A stretch of 53,401 nt of DNA, filler included, from Sphacelaria rigidula (Eukaryota), in assembly GCA_964200075.2 (NCBI GenBank). It is 4 parts of 4 records of this genome, joined end to end, with 100 filler letters (N's around TTAATTAATTAA, not from the genome) between each part and the next. Parts side by side here need not be neighbours in the genome. Positions count along the whole stretch, not along the records: positions 1 to 13,276 come from CAXNAA020003004.1; positions 13,377 to 26,651 come from CAXNAA020003005.1; 2 more parts are not named here. One strand, written 5' to 3'. Each line of letters starts with the position of its first letter. Positions within the stretch are counted from its first letter, which is position 1. The notes beneath the pieces were generated by a model. It ran no database searches. It had not been told where the DNA came from and saw only the letters and a program-made list of their open reading frames with translations. The position numbers and the translations under genes are program-made. Of the stretch, positions 11,301-23,349 are shown one piece after another.

Positions 11301-13206
11301 TGTTGGCGGGTTTCTTGGATTGGGGGTCAAAAGGTGGGTCAAAGGTCCCAGAAGCGAACAACCCGTGGGCCAAAAATCTGCCCACATGATACAGATATAC
11401 CCCGAGGGTGTGGTATACTCGCAAAAAGTGTATCCACCTATATAGGTGGATCCTTATTTCCACCGTGACCTTTTATCACGACCGATCCCGCGTTGTTTTT
11501 TCTAATTCGGGAGCCCACATTATTTTAATCAGCTGCCCGTTACCGATGTTTTCAAACAAAGTAAAGCATTCACGCGTGGTACCGGAGTGCAGGCAGTAGT
11601 ACACAGCAGTAACACACACACAGTGAACAAAGTGAAGCCTTCACGTGTAGTACCGTAGTGCAGGCAGTAGTCAATAGTCATATCCTCTGCACCTGCATCC
11701 ACTGCCATGGACGCGCATCTGCATGTATGTGACCTCGAACCCTACAGTTAAGACGGTATAGTACTGTACTGTATTGGCAAAGCACAGCTGCCTACTGTGC
11801 TCCCGAGTACAGCCCGTGCTCGCAACCTGGCAGAGTACAGCCTGTACTCGGACATGGAGTAGTACAAGATAGCAAGTACAGGCTCAAGCTGTGCCGTGTT
11901 TGCGAAGCATAGCCTAAACTTGTGGTGTAGTACTGTTCGCAAAATCCACGGTCTGTATTGTGGCACTGCATTGTACTACTAACAACGTTTTCGTGAGATT
12001 AAGAGTAAAGCGCTGACTGAGAGTGGCTCCGATGATTCGCTGTAACTTCGCCAATTTTTCATTCCGTGTGTGCTTTTCTTCGCATCCATCGTGTGCTTAC
12101 AGCTACACGTCAATATCCTAGTCAGGGGTATCAATTGGCTCAGTGGCAAGCTACTAGTGGCGCTCTTAAATTCAAAAACTTGGCTCTGGTTTTGCTCGTA
12201 ACCCGAACCCAGTTTGTTTGAAAACATCGGTAACGGGCAGCTGATGAAACAAATGTGGGCTCCCGAATTAGAAAAAACAACGCGGGATCGGTCATGATCA
12301 AAGGTCACGGTGGAAAAAAGGATCCACCTATATAGGTGGATATACTTTTGCGGTGGTATACTTGTGTAATATATATGTGTGTAGCCAGGGGGGCAGCGCG
12401 GAGAAATGTTTCGGACACCTAGCCCTCCCCCCCCTCCCAGAGGACATGATGAAAATGTCATGATTTTTTTGTCAGCTTTCTTGCGAGAAATTGATCAAGG
12501 AACACTGACACAAAATCCGAAAAGTCTGGTGGGCTTTGCGGGGTTCGTAAAATATCTGCCTCTGCTCCTTTCCCGCTCTGTCCCGATGACTTCAGGCATA
12601 AAAAATATACAAACGAGCTCTCTACCTTCATTTTTGCACTTTTTTTCGTGTTTTTAGTGGAGTTTTGGGGGAAAACGAACGTTGCTCTTAGACCTTATCT
12701 CGATGTTTTGGCTCAATGTTTAGAATTATGATGTGAAACTTGGCACGGAGAACCACAAAAGTGTTACGAATAAAAAAACAAGTAGGCCTTCATTTTCCAA
12801 GTTTATTTCGCAGAGCTTAGGTTGTTCACGTGAAGAAATGGTCTTCACCACACTAGAACGCCCTAAACCTGTGAAAAAATAATAAAAAAACTGACCTGCT
12901 TTGTTCTGTTGATTTTGCCATGGAGAGCGCCCACGCAACGTTTGAACACACGAAAACCAAACGTCAGCCGGGGAGTTGCGTTCGGAATACTGTTCCGAAT
13001 TTCGACCGGCCCGGCTTTTGAACGCCCATGCTCCCGCCAATAGTTAGAGTTGGACCCTGAAAATTGGTATGCACAACGAGCGAATGGAACATGAAAAAAA
13101 AATACCTCGGTGCCAAAATAGGGTTTTTCAACAGTCCAGGGCAATAACCAGTTTTTAGCTATCAGTAAAATGCCTTCAACTCAAGAAATAAAACTTTTGG
13201 TACCGA
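8368..13206. mobile_element. Large fold-back element of the same TIR family, with ~690-bp inverted arms (8487-9176 and 12516-13206)
   Basis: Starts TA|CGAGCTCGGCCAGCCT. The arms are clearly reverse-complementary, and ORFs 8552-8830 and 8752-8967 (+) mirror ORFs 12863-13144 and 12726-13040 (-). The right terminus is not visible. Confidence 0.7.
11414..12361. mobile_element. Nested non-autonomous TIR element with ~150-bp TIRs
   Basis: 11414-11560 is the reverse complement of 12213-12361. Each arm holds the perfect palindrome ATCCACCTATATAGGTGGAT (11432-11451 and 12322-12341). The ends lie at TATA. Confidence 0.85.
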
Positions 13207-13276
13207 CAGGAGGGCACAAAAAAAAGGGCAATGGACTAGAAAAGGTATACCTTCTCGTTTTTTGCCTAGGAAAGGT

Positions 13277-13376
13277 NNNNNNNNNNNNNNNNNNNNNNNN
13301 NNNNNNNNNNNNNNNNNNNNTTAATTAATTAANNNNNNNNNNNNNNNNNNNNNNNNNNNNNNNNNNNNNNNNNNNN
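13277..13376. other. Artificial contig spacer N44-TTAATTAATTAA-N44
   Basis: A 12-mer with stops in all six frames inside N runs, exactly 100 bp. Confidence 0.97.
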
Positions 13377-13829
13377 AGAATCGTTAGGAGCCCTTGAACC
13401 AGACAAAATTTCGCGAAAAAAGTGCACCCCTACCGTAGCATTGCTCGTTACTTGAGGTTTCCGAGAGTGAACGGTACTGCTATTATAGCTATTATAAAAG
13501 CATCGCGGCCATGTCATCACGAAGTTATTCCGATTATTATGTGCAATGAGAGGGTACCCTACCGGTCGGGGACCTTTTTCACGATCTGACTGCTCACCAT
13601 AATCAATTTTTCCTTTAATAGAAGAAACGTTTGCGCTCCGGACGCCAAGGATTGGATTTTCATTGGTTCCGAATATATTCCGACCCGTCGTTGGGCTATA
13701 TGTTATGAAAGGTTGCACACACAACGGCATATTGTTGCCAGGTGGCTGGTGCAGGTATACGATGGTCGTCAGCATTATTTCGAACCTCAGACCAAGGAAA
13801 GATTCGAGCCGGAACTTGGCCCTTAGACG

Positions 13830-14392
13830 ACGAGAGTAGGTCATCGGTTGAATCGGCATCAACTTCACTTGAAAAAGATATGCGTGATCTAGATGGACTA
13901 CCCTCGCGGTCCAAGGGTTAAACCCTTTGACCCCGGTACGAGTAGTCAATCTAGATCACGCGTATTTTTTTCAAGTGAATATTGATGCCGATTCAGTAGG
14001 TCACCTACCCTCGCGGTCAACGGGTCAACCCTTCCCCCGTGATTCGAGTGTTTGTGTTGTCGTCCCATTTGTTGTTGGTACTCCATCTTCCTTCTGCGGC
14101 GCTTGCCTTTCCTTTTTTATCGCGAGAGGGGTTCAGCAGTCCCTTTCCCTCGTCGACCATCTAGTCGAACCCTGTGTACCCACGACATGATCGCTCTCCA
14201 TTGTTGGGCATGGTGTGAGAAAAAATCCCAGATCGCTCGGAGATTTGAACCCACGACCCAACCGTCAGAAGGTTCCGAGGTTACCAACTGAGCCACCGGG
14301 ACAGGTAGGATTCGGGTAGTCCATCTGGATCACGCATACCCTTTTCAAGTGAAAATTGATGCCGATTCAGCAGGTGACCTACCCTCGCGGTC
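13830..14392. repeat. Array of ~75-bp units in inverted and direct orientation around a piggyBac-like GGG|TTAA end, interrupted by a SINE
   Basis: The unit gtagtccatctagatcacgcata..ttcaagtgaa..tgatgccgattca occurs at 13835-13903 (-), 13939-14016 (+) and 14313-14390 (+). AAGGG|TTAA lies at 13913-13921. Confidence 0.65.
14050..14300 (-). mobile_element. tRNA-derived SINE
   Basis: The head CCCGGTGGCTCAGTTGGTAACC...GGGTTCAAATC carries Pol III A and B boxes. The body is shared with the copy at 28580-28670. Confidence 0.85.
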
Positions 14393-14458
14393 TATCGGAG
14401 GGGACCTGAAGAAATGTTCGTAGATAATGGTTGATGGGGAACATCATGGAATGTTACG

Positions 14459-14615
14459 AACTAACACTAACATTAACCCTAACCCCGAACGAAGGCGCGA
14501 GACCCTCGGGCGAGGAGGGTGTATAGTTTGCCCTGGGCAAAGTGTGCGTTGGCAGACTTCGAATCGTTGCGGCAGGCGCCGATTTCGACAAAAACACGTT
14601 CTGGATGAGCTGGAT
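14459..14615. repeat. Dispersed repeat beginning with degenerate telomeric (CCCTAA)n
   Basis: ctaacactaacattaaccctaacccc is followed by about 125 bp homologous to 46620-46745. Confidence 0.75.
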
Positions 14616-15029
14616 CCACTGCTCACCTGCCCCAAACCATATTTTTTTTCAGAACTTGATGAACTCTAAAATCGAGTAGTAGTCATCCCTGTCAACCATT
14701 GTGTACGAACATTGCATCAGGTCTACTTTTCTAAGGGTCAACGGGTCGTGTAACAATTTGAAAGGTGAATGTCACGCCGTTTGAAAAAAAGGTCACTTCC
14801 AATCACATGTTGAACTCTCAATCTCACGAAAACATTGTTGAATGTGGGTCAGGGCATCCCCGTTTGCAACTTAACTTCGGATATCGCCAGCACATTGGAA
14901 TAGTAATCCTGGCGTACTCTCACATATTTTCATGAGTCGGTATTTGCATGAGATAAAGAACTCCTCACAATTTTTACCTCAGAGAATATTTGTGCACCCC
15001 TCCCGTAGCATCACTCCGTGCATGATCGT

Positions 15030-15620
15030 GCAATGTTCATCTGGGATACCATATATCTGGGACATCCATCGGAGACTTGAATGTTCATCTGAGGAGTGGT
15101 GACCGCATTTCCCCCCCCCCCCCCCCTGAAAAAAACAGCCCCCAAAATGTCACGAAAAAAATGGCCATACTTGGCATGATGGCTGGTTTCAGGCTTCATG
15201 AAGCACCTCCTATGGGCGATATTGGTGACAACGATCTCAAGCGTGCGAGTCGATGTCTGCTTTGTGTACCCGGCTTTTTAATTTACGCAAATGTTTCAAT
15301 TCTCAAACCAGCCACTTTCCTGGGAAGGGTTACCGTGCCATCACTCTGGGGATACGGCAATCCATCTGGGATGTACCATGTCCATCTGCGGGATTTTCAT
15401 TCGGGAGATCCATCTGCACTGTCCATATTAGACTGGATGCGTGTTCAAATCTCAGATGGATATCTATACCCCAGATGGATACCCCAGAGGACTATACATA
15501 TTCCAAATGTATGTCCATCTGGGATGCCCATCTGGATTGTCCGTGTTCCAGATGGATGTCTCAGATGGATTTGACATCTTCGACAGACATTCCGGATTGA
15601 CGCCCATATCCCGGATGGAG
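15030..15620. repeat. Element built of many CCATCTGGGAT and CCCAGATGG motifs in both orientations
   Basis: The motif recurs more than 10 times at 15038-15090 and 15347-15620. Confidence 0.7.
15094..15346. mobile_element. 253-bp GAG...CTC element with a near-perfect 4-bp TSD (Sola-like), inserted in a CATCTGGGAT-repeat element
   Basis: tgag|GAGTG...CACTC|tggg. The interior is homologous to 31945-32070. Confidence 0.6.
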
Positions 15621-15999
15621 GTTGTGCGATAATGAAAGGCCGTAGATCGATTTCACTCTTCGTCTGGTGTATCGTGCGAGTAAAAACGTCGTGTGTGTAA
15701 GCGTGTGTGTAAACGTGTGTGTGAGACGGCACAATTACCTGTGTGTACTTTCCGCGGAAGAACTTTGGTGTATTGGAGGAAACGGCCGTGCAGGGTTCTC
15801 CGTTGTATGCGAAGGCCGGTGGCCGCTTTTTCCAGCTTCTGTCGTTCTTGTAACCCTCGAAAGTCTGAGGGAAAACGAAGGTCGAGGGTGAGTGTGATCA
15901 AGCATCGAGCACACGCCCCATTCTACCCCCATTCTGGCACACGCAAGATGGCTCACGGAGGCCTTGACTATCTCATCTACTATGAAATAGCAGCCAGTG

Positions 16000-18400
16000 C
16001 TTTGCGGGGGATACGAGGAAAATGATATAGACCACGGGACAGCCGGCTGTTATTTCAAAGAGGGGAGGGAGGGTGGGGATTCGCAATGCCCACTCGGAAG
16101 TTCAATGTTCTGGAGATATTTCAATGAACCGGCTTGTGTCAAAGTACTTGCGTCTTGTAGAGTACAACTCTTATCCACAGCAGCAGTGTATGCCAGAATA
16201 CAGTCGGTCTGTGAAGATAAGTGGTGGACCGTACTGATGGAACTTTCTTTTCTCAGTGTTCCGTCTTTCGCACAGGCGGTACAACATTTCGTGAGTACGT
16301 GGGAGATGTGACGGTTGCACTGCGTCGCTTTCTGAAGCTCATCCCGTAGGCCATCGCTGTACAATTGTTCCGGGGTACCCACGCTGACATGTTACGAAGT
16401 CCAGTCAGTACACCATGTCGCGCGATGGCACTGCACTCGTCAATCTTGTGAAGATAGAGGGCAGCGATTGGCTTACTTCATCACTGCTATCACTGTAGGC
16501 GAGTGTTTCGTCTGTGCAGCTTGGGTACGTCTATCTTGTGGATGATGAACGCGCCTACGTGGATCCCTCGGGGATCAGTTAATGTGCAAGAATCAATGAA
16601 TCAAATCATGGGCCAATCAACTGATGCAGAAAAACTGCGCGCTCCTTTCACTTGAGCAATCGGGATGTACTCATTGCGTATACTTGAAAGCAGTTCGCAA
16701 GGGAAGTAGTGATTTCACCTTGCTATACATGAAGTCCGGTGCATCCTTGGAAGTGGTCCCATTCACGAGCCTTCTGCCGTAACCTCCACACACCTTGGCG
16801 GCTTCCCCCCATGGAGTTATCGATACTTTTGACCAAGAAGGTTCAACAAGGCGGTCGTCTGAGTATATCTTGCCCAGCCGGCACCTCGAAGATGATGTGT
16901 AGAACTCGGAGTCCGCCGCGGCTTCGTATTTGGACAGATCCACGGATGGTAAGAACATGTCTTTTCGGAGTCCAATCCACCCTAATACCCGCATGAGTAT
17001 CGATCGGAAGAGACAGAAGTGTGAATATTGCTCTCTCGAGGGAGGATTATAGGCGGGAATCGAATGACAGTCGCGCACCAGACTGATGCAGTTATATATT
17101 GTACGCTTGGCGTAGGATGGTATACCAGCATGTTTTTGCTTGCAAGTGGCTGTTCATTTTTCTACTGCATTCCGTACAGACAGAATGGAGCACAAGGCGA
17201 TCAGGTCTGCAAGCTGCATATACCAACTTTTAACTACCCCCACGTCTGTCTTGTAAACGTGATTTTTCATGTACCTTCTGCAAATAATTTCGGTTTTTGT
17301 GTCAAAAGTCGAGCGTACTGTGCGAAAGCCTGAAACTTGAACCTGTATGCAGATGTTATCACGAACGTTTTTTTTTGCATTTGGAAATGAATGGTCGAGA
17401 ATTGGTGCATTTCAACATATCTGTCTTTCTACGGGATTGCAGATTTTCCAAGAATACCTGAACACGTCATGTCAAGCGGAGAAATACCGTTAATTTTGGG
17501 TTTCGAATGCAACAAAAAGAGCTCGGTTAAAGACACGACGTGCTGCGTCGGATTTGTTGGCAATTTTTGGGTTTTGGTTCATTCTATCCTTGTCGCGTCG
17601 CACGTACGTAGCTAGCGCCGCATCACAATGACATCGAGGTCGCGCACACAACACAGGGCAAACAAGGAGATGACGAGTTTCGTCAAAAGTGACCAACACA
17701 CCGTGTTCTACTCGACTCGATCGACGAGACGGCGCTGCTGCCATGGCCAAATGATAATGAGCAACCCTACAGGTTTGATGTACTCATTGATTCAGACTTT
17801 CCCAATATAATAAAGGAATCCCACGAGAGGTGATTTTTTCGCAATGATAGTAAGACGCCATTACTTAGTGCTCGTCTGACACTATGCAGACGGAGTTGCC
17901 GGGCAACCTTCGAGAGTTACTGTCTCTCCGCATCAAAACAGGAGATTTCATCAATCCTTTGGCACCCGCAGCCTGCAAACGACCGATTAACCCTGTCCGC
18001 GGGTGTGATGGATAGCAGATGTAACCAGCGCCATCACGATAGTCGTGACGTTTGGCGCGTATGTGCAGGTCCCCGCGGAACATTCCACGAACACCATGTA
18101 TTCATATTACGACAGTACAATACTCTTCACCACCATCGTGATAGCGAGACAGAGGTAGCGCGCAGCATGATGCGAGTGGAACAGCGACGTGAGTTGGGAA
18201 TACTTGTCCAACAGCAACCACTTTGTCCATGGTCACATTACTTGTCACCACGCATGTCTTGTGCCGGCCACACAGATTGGGATGGCCTAAGTAAGCAGCC
18301 AAAGCATAAAAGCTTCTCATCGATGGGCATGTATGCTCGCCAAGGGACCCACCGCTTGTTTGCCGTATGCGGTACAACAGAGACAACTTCAAGGGTGCTT
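16000..18400 (-). pseudogene. Decayed coding region, possibly a KDZ/CxC-type transposase
   Basis: Collinear minus-strand ORF remnants. Cys/His cluster LVCPVLCARPRCHC at 17620-17670. TCQRGYPGTIV / DG / GMSFRK at about 16328-16395, read across frameshifts. Confidence 0.3.
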
Positions 18401-18714
18401 ATTGGCAACCGTCACAAACGACGTAAACGACCGCCATACCACCTGCTGAGCACACTACCGCCGCCCGCGGCTCGGGGTTAGGGGGTATACTAGACAGCGG
18501 CATTGCTGCGTCAATGGATTTTCAATTGTTTGCCTTGCCCTTCCCCGGACTAATGTGCGTGTTTCTCTGTCTGTGTGTGCTTTGGCTGGCCCTCACCGAA
18601 ATACTTTGATGAGGTCCCAATCGGGTCCGGGAATTCCCATATCTTCTGCCATACTCGTTGCGATGGTCTGAAAAACAATCGAATGCGTCGCAGCTTTCGG
18701 GCTGACACGTCTTC

Positions 18715-18764
18715 ATATATATATATGTATATATGTATATATATATGTATATATATGTGTGTGT
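18715..18764. repeat. (TA)n/(TATG) microsatellite
   Basis: Directly visible. Confidence 0.9.
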
Positions 18765-21700
18765 GACTGAGCCGGTGTTGTTTGAATCAATTCAATGAGC
18801 GACCCTGTGACACCCCAAAAGAACCCGACATACGAGCCTGTCAGTCAGTTCAGGTGTTACTCTATACCTCATCCGCGATACCGTTGCCGTCGGATGGTAC
18901 GCCGCGCACATACGCACTCCCGTCGCCACGATGTCAGTAGTAGTATTTCTTATGTTGCACCAGCAGAGGGTCTGGTAACATGCAATATATGTAGATTTAT
19001 TTTATCCTTGTGCCATATCTATACACACATTCCCGTACAACTGTACATAGCGCAGTTATTTCACGGTTTCTGTTCCCCCAGAGATACGCACAAACTGTTT
19101 GTGTGGATATGAAGTGAACACCGGCGTGGGTCGAGCTGCGTACGCGCCGGTGCGTCCTCCTCTGCAATGACAGGGCATCCAAAAGACGACTCTGCGTCGC
19201 CGTTACCAACAGGACATTGACCCCAGCAGCGTGTTGCTGTCTGAGTTGTCCTTACAAAACAAAGCGGTATTACCGGACGTGTTACAAACGCACGATCAGC
19301 AGTTGCGCCCTAAATATCGTGGCAAAGTCGGAACTGAAGAAGAGAATGAGATCTGATCTCTAAGAACACTGCACCCTCTCTTCGGCTACGAGCTTCGTCT
19401 CGGAGAGGTATTTTCACTGACAATTCCGCGAGCGAAGAGAAAAGGGTGTGCCCTATAGGAGAGAGGGAGCTTGTCTTGAGATCCGCGGAACAGTCCGAAC
19501 CACCAGCAAAGCAATTACAGGCCAATGAAATGTATGATCAAGTTACCGAACAAACTGATACCAATTGGCATTCTCGTGGTGTACGGGGACACTTAGCAAC
19601 AAACAGCGACAACTTGGGCTACTCAGATGTACACAAAGAAGGGATCTTTTATGCAGCTTTCCCCACCCTGTCACGCCTTGCTTTTCGAGTGAAAAGTGCA
19701 GCCGGTAGAGCGCTGACTGCGGTTGAGCAGACACAGAAGCAGGGGAGACTGAATGCGATCGAGAGCGGTTACACTTTATCTGTACCGCTGCATCTAGCCG
19801 TGGACGATAAGAAGCCGGACACATTGCAGTATTGTACCATACTATACTACGCTCACTGTACTGACAAAAGCAGACTCATGCCCTGTGAATTTCGTTCCCA
19901 AAACATGCCTAACGTGCGCCAGTCATTATTCCGAAGGACCTCCGGGCGGCCTTGTCATAGCCAGAGATGAGGTGCCCACTAGATTGCCGCAGAATGATTG
20001 CGGTAGCTGAGCAGACACCACTTGTAGTACATTAACAACACGGTACACGGTAAAAGCACGCTGTGCGCACCGCAAAATGGCGACGTACCATGGCAGAGAT
20101 TGTATTCTACTTTCTATACATTCGCCACAATATTCTCGTGCTCGTGCGAATAGGCGTGGTGCATGACAGTGATTCTGACGCCCCTTGACGTCCCTTGCAG
20201 CGAAAGGGTTAAATGTGATTTTGCCCACAATGACCACTGTTGAAAATTGGGCCATTCTCAACGGAGTGATCCTTTTCCCCATTATATATAAAAACTGGAA
20301 CGTGTAACTTTCCAAAAAAAATGGCAATGTGCTCATTTTCTCTTCCACACACGAGGGGGGGGGGGGGGGGGGGCGATACGGAGGGCCCCAACCAAGGACC
20401 GGTGTATGTCGCCCACCTCCGCACCTTTAAAAGCTTGANNNNNNNNNNAAAAAATCGGATATGATAAAATCAAAAAAAACAAGGGAATTTCCCCTTTTTT
20501 CCGCCCCACGAGGGGGGGGGGGGGGGGGGAGGGTTCGATACGAATGGCCCCAATCAAGGACGCGTTTGTTGCCCACACCTTCGCAACTTTAGAATCTTCA
20601 GTGTATCTTGCACTCGTTGATGGGCAAGCAGCTTAACGCCGGTAGCAGTAGCAGAAACACGGCTAATGAACAAAACATCCCCAAAAGAGCCCTCAAAACA
20701 AGCGCCCGCAGCACCATCATAGTACCAGGTCAGGCGTTAGCCCATGCTCATCTATACAACAGTTTGCGTTTGACGCCAACCCATCCAGTTTTGAAGGAGG
20801 AGAGCTAGTATCGCTTCAATGCCCCAACGAAAACGTGCAGCGCTGGACCGCTCGTGCGTCTTCATACTTGACGCGTGCGGACACATGACATTATATCTCA
20901 TTCGAATTTTACCAGGTTCCACCCAAGCCAAGCGTATCGTACCCAGCCCATCAACAGCTGCTGCTTGAGCCATGTTTTGATTTGTCGGGGACAGGTGGGT
21001 CTCAACCCTTCAAGTGCAGTCATGCTGCTGGTGCTTTCTCATTTGAATTTTCCCGAAAATTTCAAGCGACCCACATGACGTAGTTTTGTGTTTCATGCGG
21101 CTGTGACTTAGCCTACATCTCCATCTATTGCCTAGGATAGATTGTTGCGGTGGTGAAATGAGCACTCGTCACTCTGGCAGGCTGGATTAGTCTCCAAAGA
21201 TATGTCGATATTTTCTCTAAGAGGTGGAGGGGTGTTCGAGGGCAGCATGCACGAGATTCTGTTAGAGCTTAATAAGGCAAAATTAAGATGTACCGGGACA
21301 GAATCTGCTTAATTAAATAAGCGGGCGAAGCCCACACCTCAAGCCAAACCTCCCACATACAGATCAGGATAACCCAGAGTGAATTGAAAGAACGCGACTA
21401 TGGCCTAGTCTTCGAATTCGGCACTGGCCCAAAAATGAGGATCTCTTCACTATCAGAGGGAGGACTCGAGCATGGGACATGTCCTGTTTCACTACTGTAC
21501 CGCAGGAAAAACACTCAAGCCCTCTCTCACGTGTCGGGGCTTCCACTGTCTGTTCTGCTGTGGTGTGTTCACGCATTTCGAACACGGTTTGGATTGCATG
21601 GGCTGCGATATTGTCGTTGTGTTCGTCTCTGCAGAAAACAATGTTAGTCGGCACGCAGTGCTGGCTGCACACTGTTGAAACCTTCATGGGTGTGTTGACT

Positions 21701-21885
21701 GTTTAGTCTTCGGTAAGACGTACAACGCGCTGTCCGTTGCTGCGACATTCCTGCTGGTGCCGTGGGTTGGGCGTCTGTACTGTACCGTACAAATATTTTG
21801 TGTTCAGTGTACAATACTATATTATCTATGATACTGTGTTGGGCTGAAACGCGCCACGAGATAGACCGCACGAACACTCGGTTCT

Positions 21886-22078
21886 AAGGCCATGTCTTAG
21901 CACATTAGTTCTCGATCGAAATCGTGCGGTGGAAAGCAAAAATCCCCATCTGATGAGTCATGATTTCAACCATCTTCAAAATTAACGACGATGGTTGAGA
22001 TTACGACCTATCAGATCGGGAATTTTGCTTCCCACCGCACAATTTCGATCGAAAACTAATGTGGCAAGGCAGGCCCTT
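21886..22078. mobile_element. ~190-bp hairpin MITE
   Basis: Palindromic over its whole length: ctaaggcc..cacattagttctcgatcgaaat..gtgcggtgg pairs with ccaccgcac..atttcgatcgaaaactaatgtg..ggcccttag. Arm-like sequence recurs at 40278-40340 and 41065-41125. Confidence 0.85.
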
Positions 22079-23349
22079 AGCGTATTCCCCTGGCGATTCC
22101 CAAGCGAAATGGAGCGTTCTGATTGGTAAGTTACCAAGCGAATCTCTCCCGCTCCAGATGCAGCTTGCCGGCATGTGCGTCCCAGTACCCGTTGAAACGA
22201 TATGATGTTGAAGAATAGAGCGATACGAGTCGTAGTACCGTATCCCGAAATGCTGGAAAAAAACGGTCGCCCGCCATATAATCCGGGCCGGCAGGGCGTC
22301 TGTCGTCTGTCGTCACATCCCTGCGATACCTCCAGATGTGCTCTGGCAGCCCCGCCCATTCCCACACGCGAACCATACATGTTCCCACACATCAAAACAG
22401 AATAGCCCATAAGCCAAGTTAGATGCTGGAATACTCTCTGTGCTTACACACTCTTTGCAGAGCTACAGAACACTACAGCACCGTACTGTATACAGACAGT
22501 CAGTGCCGTACCGTGCAGCAGTAATGTTCGTGCAGTTCGTGCTTCTCTCGAAGAGGCTGTGCATGCACCTGGGTATACAATTCCCTCCACACCGCCGCAA
22601 AGTACCTTCACAGTACAGGACTGAGTTCTACGCCCAGGGCATGGCGAATGCAAGAGACGGAACACCGCACATTGCAGTAAACATAAATATCTCACACGTT
22701 TTTCACAGCCTGTAGTGCCGCGGTCAGACACAGCGTCGTGCGCAAATGTGACAAACCAAAAAAGAACGGCTGGTCTATATTCTGGCTGGTCTATATTCTG
22801 CTGCTGCTGCAAACCTCCGTCAGCCTCGTAGTGTATAGTGGACACACCAACAAGTCAGCAAAAAACAAGCGGTGCGCTAGAACTGTGTGAAATTCGGCTT
22901 CCACCGATTTGGCGGCGTGTGGGAAGGTGGAATGCTGCACTAATATCTGCGAAATGCCTCTGAGATCCGCAGCAAACACCTAGGGAATCCGAACGGCCTT
23001 TTGGTGTAAAATCGGTTCACCGTGAAACCACCGGGAAAACAAGCGGCGCGGCAGAAGCCACTGGAGTCAAGAACATTTGGTGACCGGGGTGGCGGTGTCG
23101 CGTTGGGTGCAGAGATCGAAATGCGACGTGCAGCGCGAGCATGTCGAAAACAGTAGAGACTTGCGTCATTCTGGGATGTTTAGACCTCGTGAATTTGTAC
23201 GCAACACGCTGTTCTTTTTTAGATATCTCGACGCACCGAGCAAAGACTGTGAACGCAATGGATACATCATAAAACTAATCAGAGATGGCACACATAGCTA
23301 CCGGTTTGATAGCAATTCGTGTTCGGAGTTCAAGGAATGTGAAATAATA

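Noticed and set aside
13321..13332. TTAATTAATTAA palindromes recurring every 13,375 bp as a biological repeat
   Set aside because: They are embedded in fixed N runs and act as a six-frame-stop assembly linker.
20300..20600. Tandem duplication around a 10-N gap with poly-G runs (similar case at 32150-32275)
   Set aside because: It flanks a scaffolding gap at homopolymers, so copy number cannot be trusted.
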